Source of the DNA: Octopus vulgaris
Lineage: Eukaryota
DNA: 64,000 bases
Direction of reading: 5' to 3'
Assembly: GCA_951406725.2 (NCBI GenBank)
Contig: OX597818.1
Coordinates: 120,218,001 to 120,282,000 of the forward strand
The notes beneath the pieces are model-generated. The model was not told the origin of the DNA and made no database searches. It was given only the letters and a program-made list of their open reading frames with translations. How positions within the stretch are numbered: the first letter of the stretch is position 1; the number at the start of each line of letters is the position of its first letter. Position numbers and translations under genes: made by a program. Below are positions 13,225 to 25,334 of the stretch, in pieces.

Positions 13225-13995
13225 CAGTGGTTCCCAAAGTGGGCGGTACTGCTTCCTTGGGGGTGAGGTGGAAGCATCCAAGGAGGTGGTATTGAAGAAA
13301 AGTGGGGCGATAATGGGGAGGCCAATAGGGGGTGATGGATGTAACCGCCTCCGCCCCAAATTAATGGTTAAATTAGATTACCGTAAATCCTCGAGTAAAG
13401 TCCGCCTTTGAGTATAATACGCAGGGGATTTTTAGGGGGCTGTACCTCTGAAAAACATAAACCTTGTGTATAATACGCACCCCTTCTCTAACTTGAGTCA
13501 AGGCGGTCTATATAACGTTTTTGGTTTGTAAAAATGTATACGGTAACGTCCTTTATTATTATTGTATATATAACATAATGCAAACGTGTAGCTTTTTTGT
13601 GCATTTTGTTTGCAGAAAATAAAAAAAATAACAGTAATAACGTTTAATAAATGTTGCTTACTGCAAGTTATGGATGATTCTTTTATGACTTCACTGCTTT
13701 CAGGCTTAGCTTAAGGTATTTTCGCGCCCGACATCATAAAATGCGTCTGAATAAACATAGCCAGACAGCAAATAGAGACTCGGACATTGCTTAGATTTTG
13801 ACCTTTAAATTTGGGGGAAAAAATGCGGATTATACTCGAAGACTTACGGTAAGTTTTATATGTGAAATATAGTTGCTTTTGAATTTGCTGTTGAAAGTAG
13901 TCTATGTTTATGATGGAGAGGGGGAAGGGGCGCTAGTAATGTGGCCCTGGGTGCCAAGGGGCGGGTGGCAGCCTGAAAAAGTTTGGGAACCACCG
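13225..13995. mobile_element. hAT-like non-autonomous element
   Basis: TIRs CAGTGGTTCCCAAA ... TTTGGGAACCACCG. It splits the transposase frame between KPWVDEV and GRLYVIQQ. The 8-bp TSD is not recognisable. Confidence 0.7.
13379..13851. mobile_element. Tc1/mariner(pogo)-type MITE, copy 1
   Basis: TIRs TACCGTAAATCCTCGAGTAAAGTCCGC ... GCGGATTATACTCGAAGACTTACGGTA with TA ends; homologue at 17198-17732. Confidence 0.85.
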
Positions 13996-14511
13996 ATGTA
14001 GCGGAAGACTATATGTGATTCAACAAGCTGCAGCATCTTTTCTCAAAGATCTCGAAACCCAAGAATGACTGTCAGACAATTTTTACGAACATGTAACACC
14101 AAAACTATTGAAAAGGTTGCAAGACGCAACGAAAATTTTAGGACAATAAAAATAAGAAAAACGTGGAAATTTTACCGGTGAGTGTGTTACATAATAAGGC
14201 ACAAAAAGAAAATGACTCTCCCCAGACACAATGTAACACCAAATTTAATTTAAATCTCATGGACTACTGCGTTTGAAGCGTTTTTTGGAAGGAAGAGTAA
14301 TCAACATCCTTACAATATCATGGTTTCCTTGAAGGACGCCATTGTCCGAGCGATGTCTGAAATTTAACAGATTAACAACGGTTCCGGTTCTGCATTAGAG
14401 CTTCATCGAAGATGAAAGCAGATTCATAGAATAATCTGATAAGAAACTTTATGGAAAGCATGAGTACAAATTTATCTTTAAAATGATTTGTTTTATACTA
14501 AGATCAGAACT

Positions 14512-14872
14512 TAATAGAAATATTAAAATAACTAAGTCTCTCTAAAAGAGAACAGCGGCAGCGTTCCCGGAAAATAATAGTTATCGCCATACTAATATGG
14601 CATTCTTATAAAAATAAAACCATCGAACAGAGATTGTCGGAAGCGACACCTACTGGCTGGCTACGCTGCATTGAAAAGGGGCAATACCCCGAAACGCGTC
14701 TGTAGCTGCCGGTCAAGTAGTGTGGAGCGACTGACCTCCCTTGTTCGAAGGTTATATGGATACAGTTTGTGTATCAAATAGCTAACTTAAAGCGATGGCC
14801 TCATGGAGCTAATAAGCGGACAGCTTTTTTCTTATTTTTATAAGAATGCCATATTAGTATGGCGATAACTAT
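14512..14872 (+). mobile_element. Non-coding Penelope-like (pLTR-type) insertion with inverted end segment and hammerhead ribozyme
   Basis: TSD TAAGATCAGAACT at 14499-14511 and 14873-14885; perfect 42-bp inverted repeat at 14576-14617 / 14832-14873; HHR motif inside. Confidence 0.8.
14665..14706 (+). ncRNA. Minimal type I hammerhead ribozyme, U3-A8 core variant
   Basis: GCTGCA-TTGAAAA-GGGG-caata-CCCC-GAAACGCGTC-TGTAGC: stem I 6 bp (1 G.U), stem II 4 bp, palindromic stem III ACGCGT, GUC cleavage triplet. Confidence 0.8.
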
Positions 14873-15045
14873 TAAGATCAGAACTGTTTTATTAAATTAT
14901 CAGATATGTCCTTAAATATCGCTCGCATTCTGTATTATCTTCAATATTTTCCAACGAAATAAAACTATATTCACGTCAACGTAATCATGTGTTCATGTTT
15001 AATACGCTTCTATTAGATAGTGTATCATTTAGAAACTTCAACTTC

Positions 15046-15118
<73 letters not shown>

Positions 15119-15754
15119 TGCTATATTCTTCATTTCCTTTGTTTCTGTTTTTAGATGGTCGGGTGTGGACTCGAAGCAGATTTCATTGTTTTTTTTTTCC
15201 AGACGATCAAATGATCACGCAGATACTTCCGTCATGCACCTCACCCTACTCATGAAACTCCGAGAGAATCAAACCAAAAAAAGGAAGAAAAAAAAAAGAA
15301 AAAAGAAAGAAAAGGTAAAGGAGAAAAGAAAGAAAGAAAGAAGGAAAGAAAGAAAGAAAGGAAGAAAGAAAAGAAAACAATTGTTGCTCGAGTTTGTTTC
15401 AGCATTTGTTTTGTTGCTTCTTTTATCGATCCTCATAAGATATGAAAAGCCAAGTTGACCCCGACGGGATTTTAAATTATAATGTAGAGAATCGAAACAG
15501 AATATTGATTTCTTGCATAATATATCGAATAAATAATATTGATTCCGAAACCAAATATTGTGCTGAATTTTGTTTGACGCTCCACCGTCTGCGATAGGCA
15601 AATTTTCTTACGTACGACAACGTGAAATGTCTGATATCAGACGATATTCTATCACTGCTTCATACGACATATATTCGAATCAAAAGTAAGTTTCTTTGTT
15701 TCCGTTTAATCTTTTTTACTTTCGCAAATTGTCTATGAAAAAACTATCTATCTA

Positions 15755-15791
<37 letters not shown>

Positions 15792-15890
15792 ATGTATGTA
15801 TGTATGTATGTATGTATGTCTATCCATCTCTCTGTCTGTCTATCTATCTATCTATAAATTGTCTATGTATATGTGTTTGTGTATATGTAC

Positions 15891-15982
<92 letters not shown>

Positions 15983-16200
15983 AATGCACCCTTTTAAAGC
16001 GTAGCCAGGCTCATGGGTCCGGTTTCCCGGTTTCAATGGCGTATTTGTTCCCCACCTGGACGGGACGCCAGTCCATCGCAACGTTACTCCTTTTTGCGAG
16101 CTGAGTGGACTGGACCAATGTGAAATGAAGTGTTTTGTTCAAGAACACAACGCGTCGCCCGGTCCAGGAATCGAAACCACAATCTTACGATCATGATGCT
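15983..16200 (-). mobile_element. tRNA-derived SINE (family D) sharing its 3' tail with the SINE C copy at 23874-24185
   Basis: B-box GGTTTCGATTCC on the minus strand; tail AAACCGGGAAACCGGACCCATGAGCCTGGCTA matches 24131-24161. A diverged relative lies at ~28590-28780. Confidence 0.75.
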
Positions 16201-16516
16201 GGTGCATATGTGTGTGTATGTGTGTGTGTGTGATCATTTATGTGATTGTATATAAGTATGTAATTAATTGTTATTAATGTTGTTTTAGTCTTAGTTATTT
16301 TTTGAGTAACTTCGACTCAGAAATCATCCTCATCTTCACCTCAAAAGACATAACACTCCATAGACATAAATCTCCTGTATAACCTCCCCATTCTGTCCTG
16401 ATTCATACTTACATACACACCGAGTGCAAAGGTATCTGAGTCGCTTCGAATCTACGAGGCTACCATTCCTTTAATCTTCCGGCAATGTCAACCAGAAAGT
16501 TTCTATCTCACTAACC

Positions 16517-16574
<58 letters not shown>

Positions 16575-16669
16575 CCTCCATCTCTCTCTTGCTCTTTCTC
16601 TCCCCTCCCCCTCTCTCTCTCCGGGATTAAAATTCCAATCTTTGGAAGCAAGCCATGATGCATACCATT

Positions 16670-16940
16670 CTAATAAGACCATCTCCTTTGACCATGCCAA
16701 CCCTGCCAATTACTATCTCGTTTAACTCTCCTTTCTTGTCGCAAAGGTGATGGTCACTCTTTAATAATCACCTTTTCCAACACCCTGACCCATTCTCTCC
16801 TTCTTAATGACAGCCTTCATAAAGGCAAATTTACAGATTTACTCTCTCTTACTAAGCAGTGGACTCGTGTTTTCGAAAGAATTGCTGAAAGCAGCATTGC
16901 TGCCTTCGACATTAGCAAAGTTTTGACCAAGTTTACCAAA
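16670..16940 (+). pseudogene. Highly decayed LINE reverse transcriptase fragment
   Basis: PANYYLV*LSFLVAKVM (compare NYRPISLL..SK.ME) and AFDISKV-DQV (compare D.SKAFD.V). Confidence 0.55.
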
Positions 16941-17197
16941 GACCTTGAGCAAAGGTCTATCTTTCAGACCAAACCAATTAAAAAGCCGAAAGGACCAAAA
17001 GCGAAGTCAGCTCCAGCATAATTTAAATTTAGAAGGATAAAAGTAAGAGGAACATACGTGGCTAAATGTTGTAAGGCATTTAGTCCGGCGATAGGCCGGT
17101 CCTGCCATTCTATTCTTTATTTCTTATGGAAAACCAAGCGAGAACTAATAAGTAAGTGTAAAGTAAATATAAAGCATTGCCTCACTTTCCAAGAGAG

Positions 17198-17732
17198 TAC
17201 CGTAAATCTTCGAGTAAAATCCGCCCTTGAGTATAATACGCAGGGGATTTATAGGGAGCTGTACTTCTGAAAAACCTAAACCTTGTGTATAATACGCACC
17301 CCTTCTCTAACTTGAGTCGTGCGTAATCAAGCCAGCAGCCCCTAGTCGAACAAACACTTCCGCGCATGCGTAATACAATAATGGTGGTGATGTTAACTGT
17401 TATATGGGAATGTAAATAGGTTTGCAAATTGTTTTAATTGTTTTTGTTACATGTTATTCTGTGTTCTGAATACTTTTATTTTAATAAATGTTGCTTACTG
17501 CAAGTTATGGATGATTCTTTTATGACTTCATAGCGTTCAGGCTTAGCTTAAGGTATTTTCGTGCCCGACATCACAAAATGCGTCTGAATAAACATTGCTG
17601 GACAGCAAATAGGGACCCGGACATTGCTTAGAAAATATTTTTCATTTTTAACCTCGTATATAGTACGCACTAGGGATTTTGACCTTTAAATTTTGGGAAA
17701 AAAGTGCGGATTATACTCGACGATTTACGGTA
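17198..17732. mobile_element. Tc1/mariner(pogo)-type MITE, copy 2
   Basis: TIRs TACCGTAAATCTTCGAGTAAAATCCGC ... GCGGATTATACTCGACGATTTACGGTA. The internal region partly differs from copy 1. Confidence 0.85.
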
Positions 17733-17773
17733 TTTTCAATAAATAAATAAATATGTGCGAAAAAAATTTGTTT

Positions 17774-19040
17774 TATTAGGTTGGCAAGAAAGTAATTTTG
17801 TTTTTCGCAAATAGAGTTACGATTCTTTTGAATGATTTTTGTCAATGGTATGATTTTTTTCCTTTTGACATTTAATAGCCGTTACTTTTAGCTTACCTTA
17901 GAAGCAAATTGCGAGTAATTTTGTTTACAGCTGTTAGTTCAGTGTCCATTTTAACATGGAGCGTAAAAACGAACATTTCATGTTTTGCTTTTTTATTTTT
18001 ATTTCCGCAGAGGCAAGAAAGCTGCTGAGGCCCACAAAAAGATATGTGAAGTTTATGGTGTTGATTGCTTAAAAGAATACGCATGTCAGAAATGGTTTTT
18101 TAAATTCCGTTATAGAGATTTTTCACTCAAAGATGACCAACGTTCTGATCGACCTACTGAAGTTGATGATGACCGAATCAAAGTTATAACTGAACCTGAT
18201 TGCCATACAACTGTGCGAAAGATTGCAGAGAGGTTAAATGTATCACATGCAACAACTGAAAATTATTTAAAATGTCTTGGACTCGATATTTGGGTTCCAC
18301 ATAGATTGAAAGAGATTCACTTAACACAATGAAACAATATTTGCAATATGCATCTTAAACACAATGAAATTGACCACTTTTGAAACGAATTATCATTGGT
18401 GAGGAAAAATGGATTGTTTACAATAACATCAATCGAAAACAATCATGGTCCAAGCATAATGGACCAGCACAAACCACACCGAAAGCTGAATTGCATCAAA
18501 AAAAGGTCATGCTGTCAATTTGGTGGGATTACATAGATATACATGTATATTTTGAGCTGCTTCCAAGGAACCAAACTATCAATTCAGATGTTTACTGTCA
18601 ACAACTAATGAAACTGGAGGAATCAAGCAAAGAAAAGTGGCCAGAATTGGCAAATCGTAAAGGAAATGTGTTCCACTATGACAACACTAGACCACACACG
18701 TCTTTGCTAACTCGTGAAAAATTATTGGAGCTTGGTTGGGAAGTGATGCCATATCCACCATATAGCCCTGACCTTGCACCATGAGATTACTATTTATTTC
18801 AAAGTTTGCAAAATTCTTTGAATGGTAAAACTTTCAATAATGCCGATGACCTGAAATCGCACTTGCTCCAGTTTTTGACTGATAAGGACCGGAAGTTCTA
18901 TAAACGCGAAATCATGAAGTTGCCAGAAAGCTGGCAAAAGGTCATCGAACAAAATGGAAAACATATAATTGATTAAAGTTCATTCTTTGTATGAAAAACA
19001 AAAAAATCACTTTTATTTCACACTAAAAAACTGAAAATAT
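17774..19040 (+). pseudogene. Mariner (DD34D) transposon, defective transposase
   Basis: ORFs 17985-18332 and 18380-18784 contain WVPHRL, GEEKW (GDEKW), VMLSIWWD, HYDNTRPH and YSPDLAP*DY. In-frame stops are present. A left TIR-like TATTAGGTTGGCAAGAAAGT is visible; the right TIR is eroded. Confidence 0.93.
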
Positions 19041-19391
19041 GAATGTTCATTATTTCAGTAAAACCGATCTTGTACTCCACGGGTACTTAACAGTAACGAA
19101 CCAGGAAGTATGGAAGGAAAAAATCGAACATGGAGGAGGTGTAAACTCAGAATGTAAAGGCGGCTGAGTAAATACTGATCGGGCATAGAATTTTTCGTTT
19201 AGGGATCCCCAAACTAGTGTTGTAATTTTCATACCCATGGCCGTCCTTTTAATTGAAGATAATATTGTTTAACCAAGAAAATGCAAGAGGACAATATGTA
19301 AATGCTGAAAGATACTTTTGTCTGATATTCCAACGATTCAGATATTCTGCCACGTTTTGCAATTATACTGTATATATATATATATATAATT

Positions 19392-19716
19392 CTGGTACTT
19401 ATTCTATCGGTCTCTTTTGGTGAACTACAAAGTTAACGTGAACGTGAACACACCAACACCCTCTCTCAAGAGGTGTTGGGGGACAAACCACACAGACACA
19501 CTCACATACACATACACACGCACACTCACTCGCAGACATACACACACACAAACATATACGACAGGCTTCTTTGAGTTTCCGTCTACCAAATCCACCCACA
19601 AGTGTTTGATTGGTCTGAGGTTATAGTAGAAGATATTTGCCCAAGGTGCCATGCAGTAAGAGTGAACCTGAAACTATGTGGTTGGGAAGCAAGCTTCTTA
19701 CAATACGGCCACGCCT
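19392..19716 (-). mobile_element. SINE family A, diverged
   Basis: Homology to the family A head and body. Confidence 0.8.
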
Positions 19717-20328
19717 AAAAAAAAATTGATGAAGACCATATGGAAGGAAGTTTTCATGTTTCGTCAAGAGCTTTCGCTGTTATGGGTTTTTCAAACACAT
19801 TCGTAGAGTGGTAGTCGTTTTTTGTAGCGATGTTGTCCATTTTCGGTTTTGTTTCGGATTTAGAATTATTTTCCTTTTGTTGCTTTCGTAGATGATCATA
19901 TTCTTCGTTCATTTTGAATTAAAACACTATTTTGAATGTTCCATTTGCACTAATGTCTAGATCAGAGTTCGGCAAACCTGAGTAAATCACCCCAAGTGGG
20001 GGTAAAAATGAAATTTTTGGTGTAACGAGGACTCATTAGAGATAAGTAAAATTACATGAAGAACGTGTTCGTTGTTACGACAGAAATTTTTCTTCTGGCA
20101 ACACAACATCTGTCCAATGTAATTGCCGTGTAAATAGATTCATATAAATAGATTCAATAAAACAGATTCAATAGACCTTATGAGTTCAAAGAATCTATGA
20201 TTTCCTTCCTTTCAAATCAAGGGGAAACGTCGGTGTAAATAAATATATTTTGGCATAATTGATTAAAAGAAGTTCCCCGGCTCCTGGTCTTGATGTTTCA
20301 CAACACGTAAATTTCTAAGGGAAGAAAC

Positions 20329-20935
20329 CTAGATCCAAGGCTCCTTTATTGGAATTTCAACATCAACAACAGGGTATTTTTGTTTTGTATGTATGTATGA
20401 CTTACCAGAACTGTAAACATCTCTAAAACTTTGCAGAAGTTTATCGTTTAAATATATATGAGCATGTCTTGGATATGTAACTATATGCATGAGAATACAT
20501 ACATAAAACATACAAATCTGCACATACTACATACATACATACATGCATACATACATACATACATACATACATACATACATACATACATACATACATACAT
20601 ACATACATACATGCATGCATGCATGCATACATACATACATACATACAAACGAAAATACCCTGTTGTTGATGTTGAAATTCCAATGAAGGAACCTTGGAAC
20701 TAGGTTAGAAACCGGTTCTTTCTCTATTGGCAAGAAATCTTAAAATAAACTGAATGACATAGATACATACATACATACATACATACATACATACATACAT
20801 ACATACATACATACAAACAAAAACACCCTGTTGTTGATGTTGAAATTGCAATGAAGGAACCTTGGATCTAGGTTAGAAACCGGTTCTTTCTCTATTGGCA
20901 AGAAATCTTAAAATAAAATGAATTACGACATACAT
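20329..20935. repeat. ~120-bp unit embedded in (TACA)n: two direct copies plus one inverted partial copy
   Basis: CCCTGTTGTTGATGTTGAAATT..AATGAAGGAACCTTGGA.CTAGGTTAGAAACCGGTTC at ~20645-20760 and ~20812-20930; reverse complement at 20329-20395. Confidence 0.88.
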
Positions 20936-20969
20936 ACATACATACATTCATGCTCACAGCTTTGAAAAC

Positions 20970-21370
20970 AAGCAATTCTGGTGGAACACTCCAATAAAAA
21001 CAGCAATTCGGTGCAAATATAACAGACCTGATATTATTCTGCGAGACAGGAAACGAATATCATGCATTGTTGTAGAGGTCAGCTGCCGGGCGGATGTGAA
21101 TGTACAATCAAACGTCCAGGAAAGAGAACATTTGTGGTAAATTAATGCAGAACTTACAGCTCTTGTAGGTACCCTGACTATAAATTCTCATTCGTACCTA
21201 TTATCATAAGTGCATGAGGTTTATGTACCAACAAATTTACATAAAATCCTAGAAATACCCGTTTTCACGGAGAAAGAGCAAAAGAAAGTGACGCGGGTTA
21301 TCCAGATCCAATATCTGTTAGTGGCACAGTGATGATGTGTAAGATATTCCAAAGATTCTCTGCGTGAGAT
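20970..21370 (+). pseudogene. Decayed RLE-type non-LTR retrotransposon 3' fragment
   Basis: WWNTPIKTAIRCKYNRPDIILRD...IVVEVSC.ADVNV ... YPDYKFSFVPIII, with frameshifts. Confidence 0.7.
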
Positions 21371-21962
21371 CCTTTAGGTGAATAGATGCACATACCTGAG
21401 TGTGGGCATCGAAAAATCAACCAACACACCAACCCAGCCACATATTTACGAACAGGGGTGGGGGGAATCTCTTAACTCAGAAAATTTTGTCGCTTTGTTG
21501 GCCGCCATTTTGAACTCTCTTAAAAAGAATTTAAAGTAAAACTCAAAGAAAAAAAAAGAAACATTCACACACACTGACAGACACAAACAGACACAGACAC
21601 ACATACACACACAAACACACAAATACGCTCACACACGCAGACACACACACATACACACATGCACTCACAGTCACACACACACACACACACTCTCTTTTTG
21701 TCTCTCTCTCTATTTGTCCCGCTCTCTGTTTTTCTCTCTCTCTCTATTTGTCTCTCTCTCTGTCTCTCTCTCCCTCTCTCTGTCTGTCTGTCTCTGTCTC
21801 TCTCTTACACACACACACACACTCTATCTCTCTCTTTCTCTCTCTCTCTTTGTCTGTCTTTCTCTGTCTCTGTCTCACTCTCTCTATCTCTTTCTCTTTG
21901 TCTCTATCTCTGTCTGTCTATCTCTGTCTCTGTCTCTGTTTCTGTCTCTCTGTCTCTCTCTC

Positions 21963-22015
<53 letters not shown>

Positions 22016-22232
22016 TGTACATCAGAAGTAACTGGCTGCCATGATACTCTTGGTACTTTGTCTACATTTGAATTGCACAGAAATACTGACAGGCTATAAT
22101 AATCTAGTTACGCCAGCTACGATATACTGTAATCTGTATTTCGTGAAAGCACTAGCAAGCCGTTTAGTTAGCAGAATACAGAGTAGAAAGGTACACACAC
22201 ACACATACACACACAGAGCACGAGGGACACAG

Positions 22233-22267
<35 letters not shown>

Positions 22268-23191
22268 GGATGTGGCACAGATAAAAATAAGCAAATAGCA
22301 AAACAGACAGAGAGAGAGAGACATATAGACAGACATAGATACAGACAGATAGACGGACTCACAGACTGGTTGATACATAGCTAGCTAAACAGATAAATTG
22401 CTAGGTACATAACAAATACGTCTACATGAATACAGTTCCATTTCGCGATTCCTAATTTAATCTCACCGGATGTGTTAGCTGAAGTCTTGCTATGCAGTCA
22501 TTTTTATGCATTTCAACTGAATCCGGGATTCGTCATATTGACTGGTATTAATTTCAGCCTCCTGCTGTTTTATCCTAATAATGTAGTCTTAATTAGTTCC
22601 GTTTTTCACTGCTGCTTTCTCGTTATTACCCGTAGTGTGTGTGGCACTGATGAATGTTGGTTAGTTCACCCACCTCCCTGTCTTTCCATTCTATTATCTT
22701 TGTCTTTCGCCCTTTCTTTTCTTTTCTCTCTCTCTGTTTAAAAGCAGTGAACTATATCAACAACACAGGTACTTGTATACCGTCAAGTGGACAACGTAGC
22801 CGATTGTACCAGAGGCCTTGCTCTCTTCCTCTACTAAATTAGTGCTTATATAAGCTGTTTACTGATATAAACTTACAGTATTACGTGACCACTTGTCACA
22901 TAAAGGTCATAAATAATTACGTGCTTTCCTAGTCACCAGCAGATATACTGACGAGGATTTTCATATTCATTCTTAATACTTTCTTGTAGATTCGAACGTG
23001 AATATGCAAATTGCTGTATTGTTGTATTTCATTATTGGAAAACAATTTCTCTTTTTCAGACGAACATGTGTTCATAACACATTCGATCCATTAGCATAAG
23101 GGGACTTTGTGACACCGGTGTTTCGACATTGCTGTGTCTCCTCAGCCAAAGCTACCCTAGACTAGTGAATTTAAGCTGAGTTCTTGACGCT

Positions 23192-23386
23192 TACTCTTTT
23201 ACTCTTTTTCTTGTTTCAGTCATTTCGATTGTGGCCATGCTGGAGCACCGCCTATAGTTGAACAAATCGACCCCAGGACTTATTCTTTGTAAACCTAGTA
23301 CTTATTCTGTCAGTCTCTTTTGCCGAACCGCTAAGTTACAAGGACGTAAACACACCAGCATCGGTTGTCAAGCGATGTTGGGGGGA

Positions 23387-23481
<95 letters not shown>

Positions 23482-23632
23482 GACGGGCTTCTTTCAGTTT
23501 CCGTCCACCAAATCCACTCACAAGGCTTTGGTCGGCCCGAGGTTATAGTAGAAGACACTTGCCCAAGGTGCAACGCAGTGGGTCTGAATCCGGAACTATG
23601 TGGTTGGTAAGCAATCTACTTACTACACAGCC
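23192..23632 (-). mobile_element. SINE family A, near full length
   Basis: Complete body, internal (CA)n(TA)n, and head. Confidence 0.9.
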
Positions 23633-23873
23633 TTGTTTATAACTTCAGCAAACAAATTATTTGCTGATGTGAGCTGATATTTTGTCAACTGATAATATAA
23701 CACTCTATGCACGGTGAACAGTGAGAATCAAAATGACGACTTATATATTAATTCTTGAAACGTTCCGCCTAATTCAAGAGTGGTAACTATCTTACTACTG
23801 ACTAACAAAGTCATGTATCACATTACTGGTAGTTAAGGGGCTACAGAATTATGTATTGTACTAATATGATAAG

Positions 23874-24185
23874 CGTGGAGGCGCAATGGCCCAATAATTA
23901 GGGCAGCTGACTCGCGGTCGGAGGATCGCAGTTTCGATTCACAGATCGGGCGTTGTGTGTATTTATTAGGCGAAAGCACCTAAAAGCTCCATGAGGCTGC
24001 TGCAGGGGGTGGTGGTGACCCCTGTTGTACTCTTTCGCCACAACTTTCTCTCGCTCTCTCTTCCTGTTTCTTGAGTAACGCTGCGATGGACTGGCATCCC
24101 GTCCAGCTGGGGGGAACAGATACGCAACAGAAACCGGGAAGCCGGGCCCATGAGCCTGGCTAGGCTTGAAAAGAGCGACGTTTAT
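23874..24185 (+). mobile_element. SINE family C with 3' body type 2
   Basis: Head GTGGAGGCGCAATGGCCCA...GTTTCGATTC; flanked by the probable TSD TAATATGATAAGCG (~23862-23875 and ~24189-24202). Confidence 0.85.
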
Positions 24186-24359
24186 CGTTAATATGATAAG
24201 CGGTATTCTAGTAAAAAAATTGAGATGAAGCAAATTTGGCAAACGAAGAAAAATAAAGTTTTTGGTGCAATAATGACGCAGTTGACTGGCATTCGACATA
24301 TATGCAGGTCGTGTCATAATCAACAATGGGCAACAGAATCAATGTTTACAATAAAAAAT

Positions 24360-25315
24360 ATATTGTAGTATTTGGTCTCGTTCAAATTATCTTCCTTCAG
24401 ATCCAAATTGACTTTGCTATTTTTCTTGCGTGGTCAAAAATATATGCTAGTTCGCCGCCAAGGGTAGCGTCAACAAACTTGACACTCTGGTATTTTTGGT
24501 TGTTATACCATGAGTTGGCCTTATCAATCTTTTTCTTGAACCCTTCAGTGCTATTCCAGGATTTACTCCTGTATAGCGGGCAGATCCTATTTGCATCATT
24601 CTCTATGATGGCCTTGTACTTAGTCCTAGCTCCATTTTTACACTCTAATCCAGTCTCTTAGGCCGTAGCCAGAGAATTGCAACCTTCATCCATCATATGT
24701 AATTCTCTGGCTACAACCAAAGGGACAGGATTAGAGTGCATAAAGGGAACCAGAGCTAAGTATAAGGCCATCAGAAAGTATGATGCAAATGAGACCTGCC
24801 CGCTATGCAGGAGTAAATCCTGGAACAGCACAGAAAGGACCGAGGGAAAGAAGGGTAAGGCCAACTCATGGTATGGCAACAAAAAATTCCTGGCGGCTAA
24901 CTAGCATATCTTTTTAGAAAAAGCATTAAAGTAAATCTATGGATTAAAGTAGTAGAAAGGCCAGAAACACCCATAAAATACCTGATCTCTAGTACTTATC
25001 CTTTCGATAGGTCACCATGTACGGAGAACAATTGTATAGTATGTAAGATGAACCCACAGGTTAACTGTAAGATTAGGAATGTAGCCTATAACGTACCATC
25101 TACTGAAGGACGGTGCAGAAACAAGACAACAATTTATAATTGGTAAGACGGCATGTAGCATAGGGGATCGGATAAGTGAACACTGGCGGGAGCTTAAAGA
25201 GGAGAAAAGTACGTCAGTGCTCTACCACCATGCTCATTTGGAACATGGAGGTTTGGTTGATAACATAGAGATTAAGGTATTATCAATGCATAGAACAGGC
25301 ATAAGACTTAGATTA
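24360..25315 (+). pseudogene. Penelope-like element fragment (RT-linker plus GIY-YIG endonuclease) with inverted duplication
   Basis: Across frameshifts: FSGYNQRDR, AKYKAIRKYDANETCPLCRSKSW..KANSWY, Cys-rich PC..NCIVC..NCK.RNVAY, then IGKTACSIGDRISEHW..SVLYHHAHLEH (GIY-YIG-like). ~24360-24681 is a diverged reverse complement of ~24697-24985. Confidence 0.72.
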
Positions 25316-25334
25316 CGGATGGAGCAACTTGAAA

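Larger units (their letters stand above)
12650..14933 (+). pseudogene. Decayed Tc1/mariner-superfamily transposon (maT/DD37D-like) interrupted by nested insertions
   Basis: Manual translation across frameshifts: HCDLEITNFL, IIDDDPGKA..IANELQV, MHEDLR, FPAAVMVLGV, VLKTVVKPWVDEV, GRLYVIQQ, DNFYEHVTP, LNLMDYCV, SLKDAIVRAMS. Family assignment is by recollection of the motif pattern. Confidence 0.75.

Noticed and set aside
17985-18784. Domesticated or active mariner transposase
   Set aside because: In-frame stops, the first catalytic Asp reads as Glu, and the right TIR is eroded.
22440-23190. Possible exons (splice-like signals at ~22466, 22746-22767, 23059)
   Set aside because: No sustained open frame or recognisable protein; cannot be supported without transcripts.
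23874-23955. tRNA genes at SINE heads (also 39215-39286, 45290-45363)
   Set aside because: They have A/B-box-like motifs but no complete acceptor stem or terminator, and they continue directly into SINE bodies.
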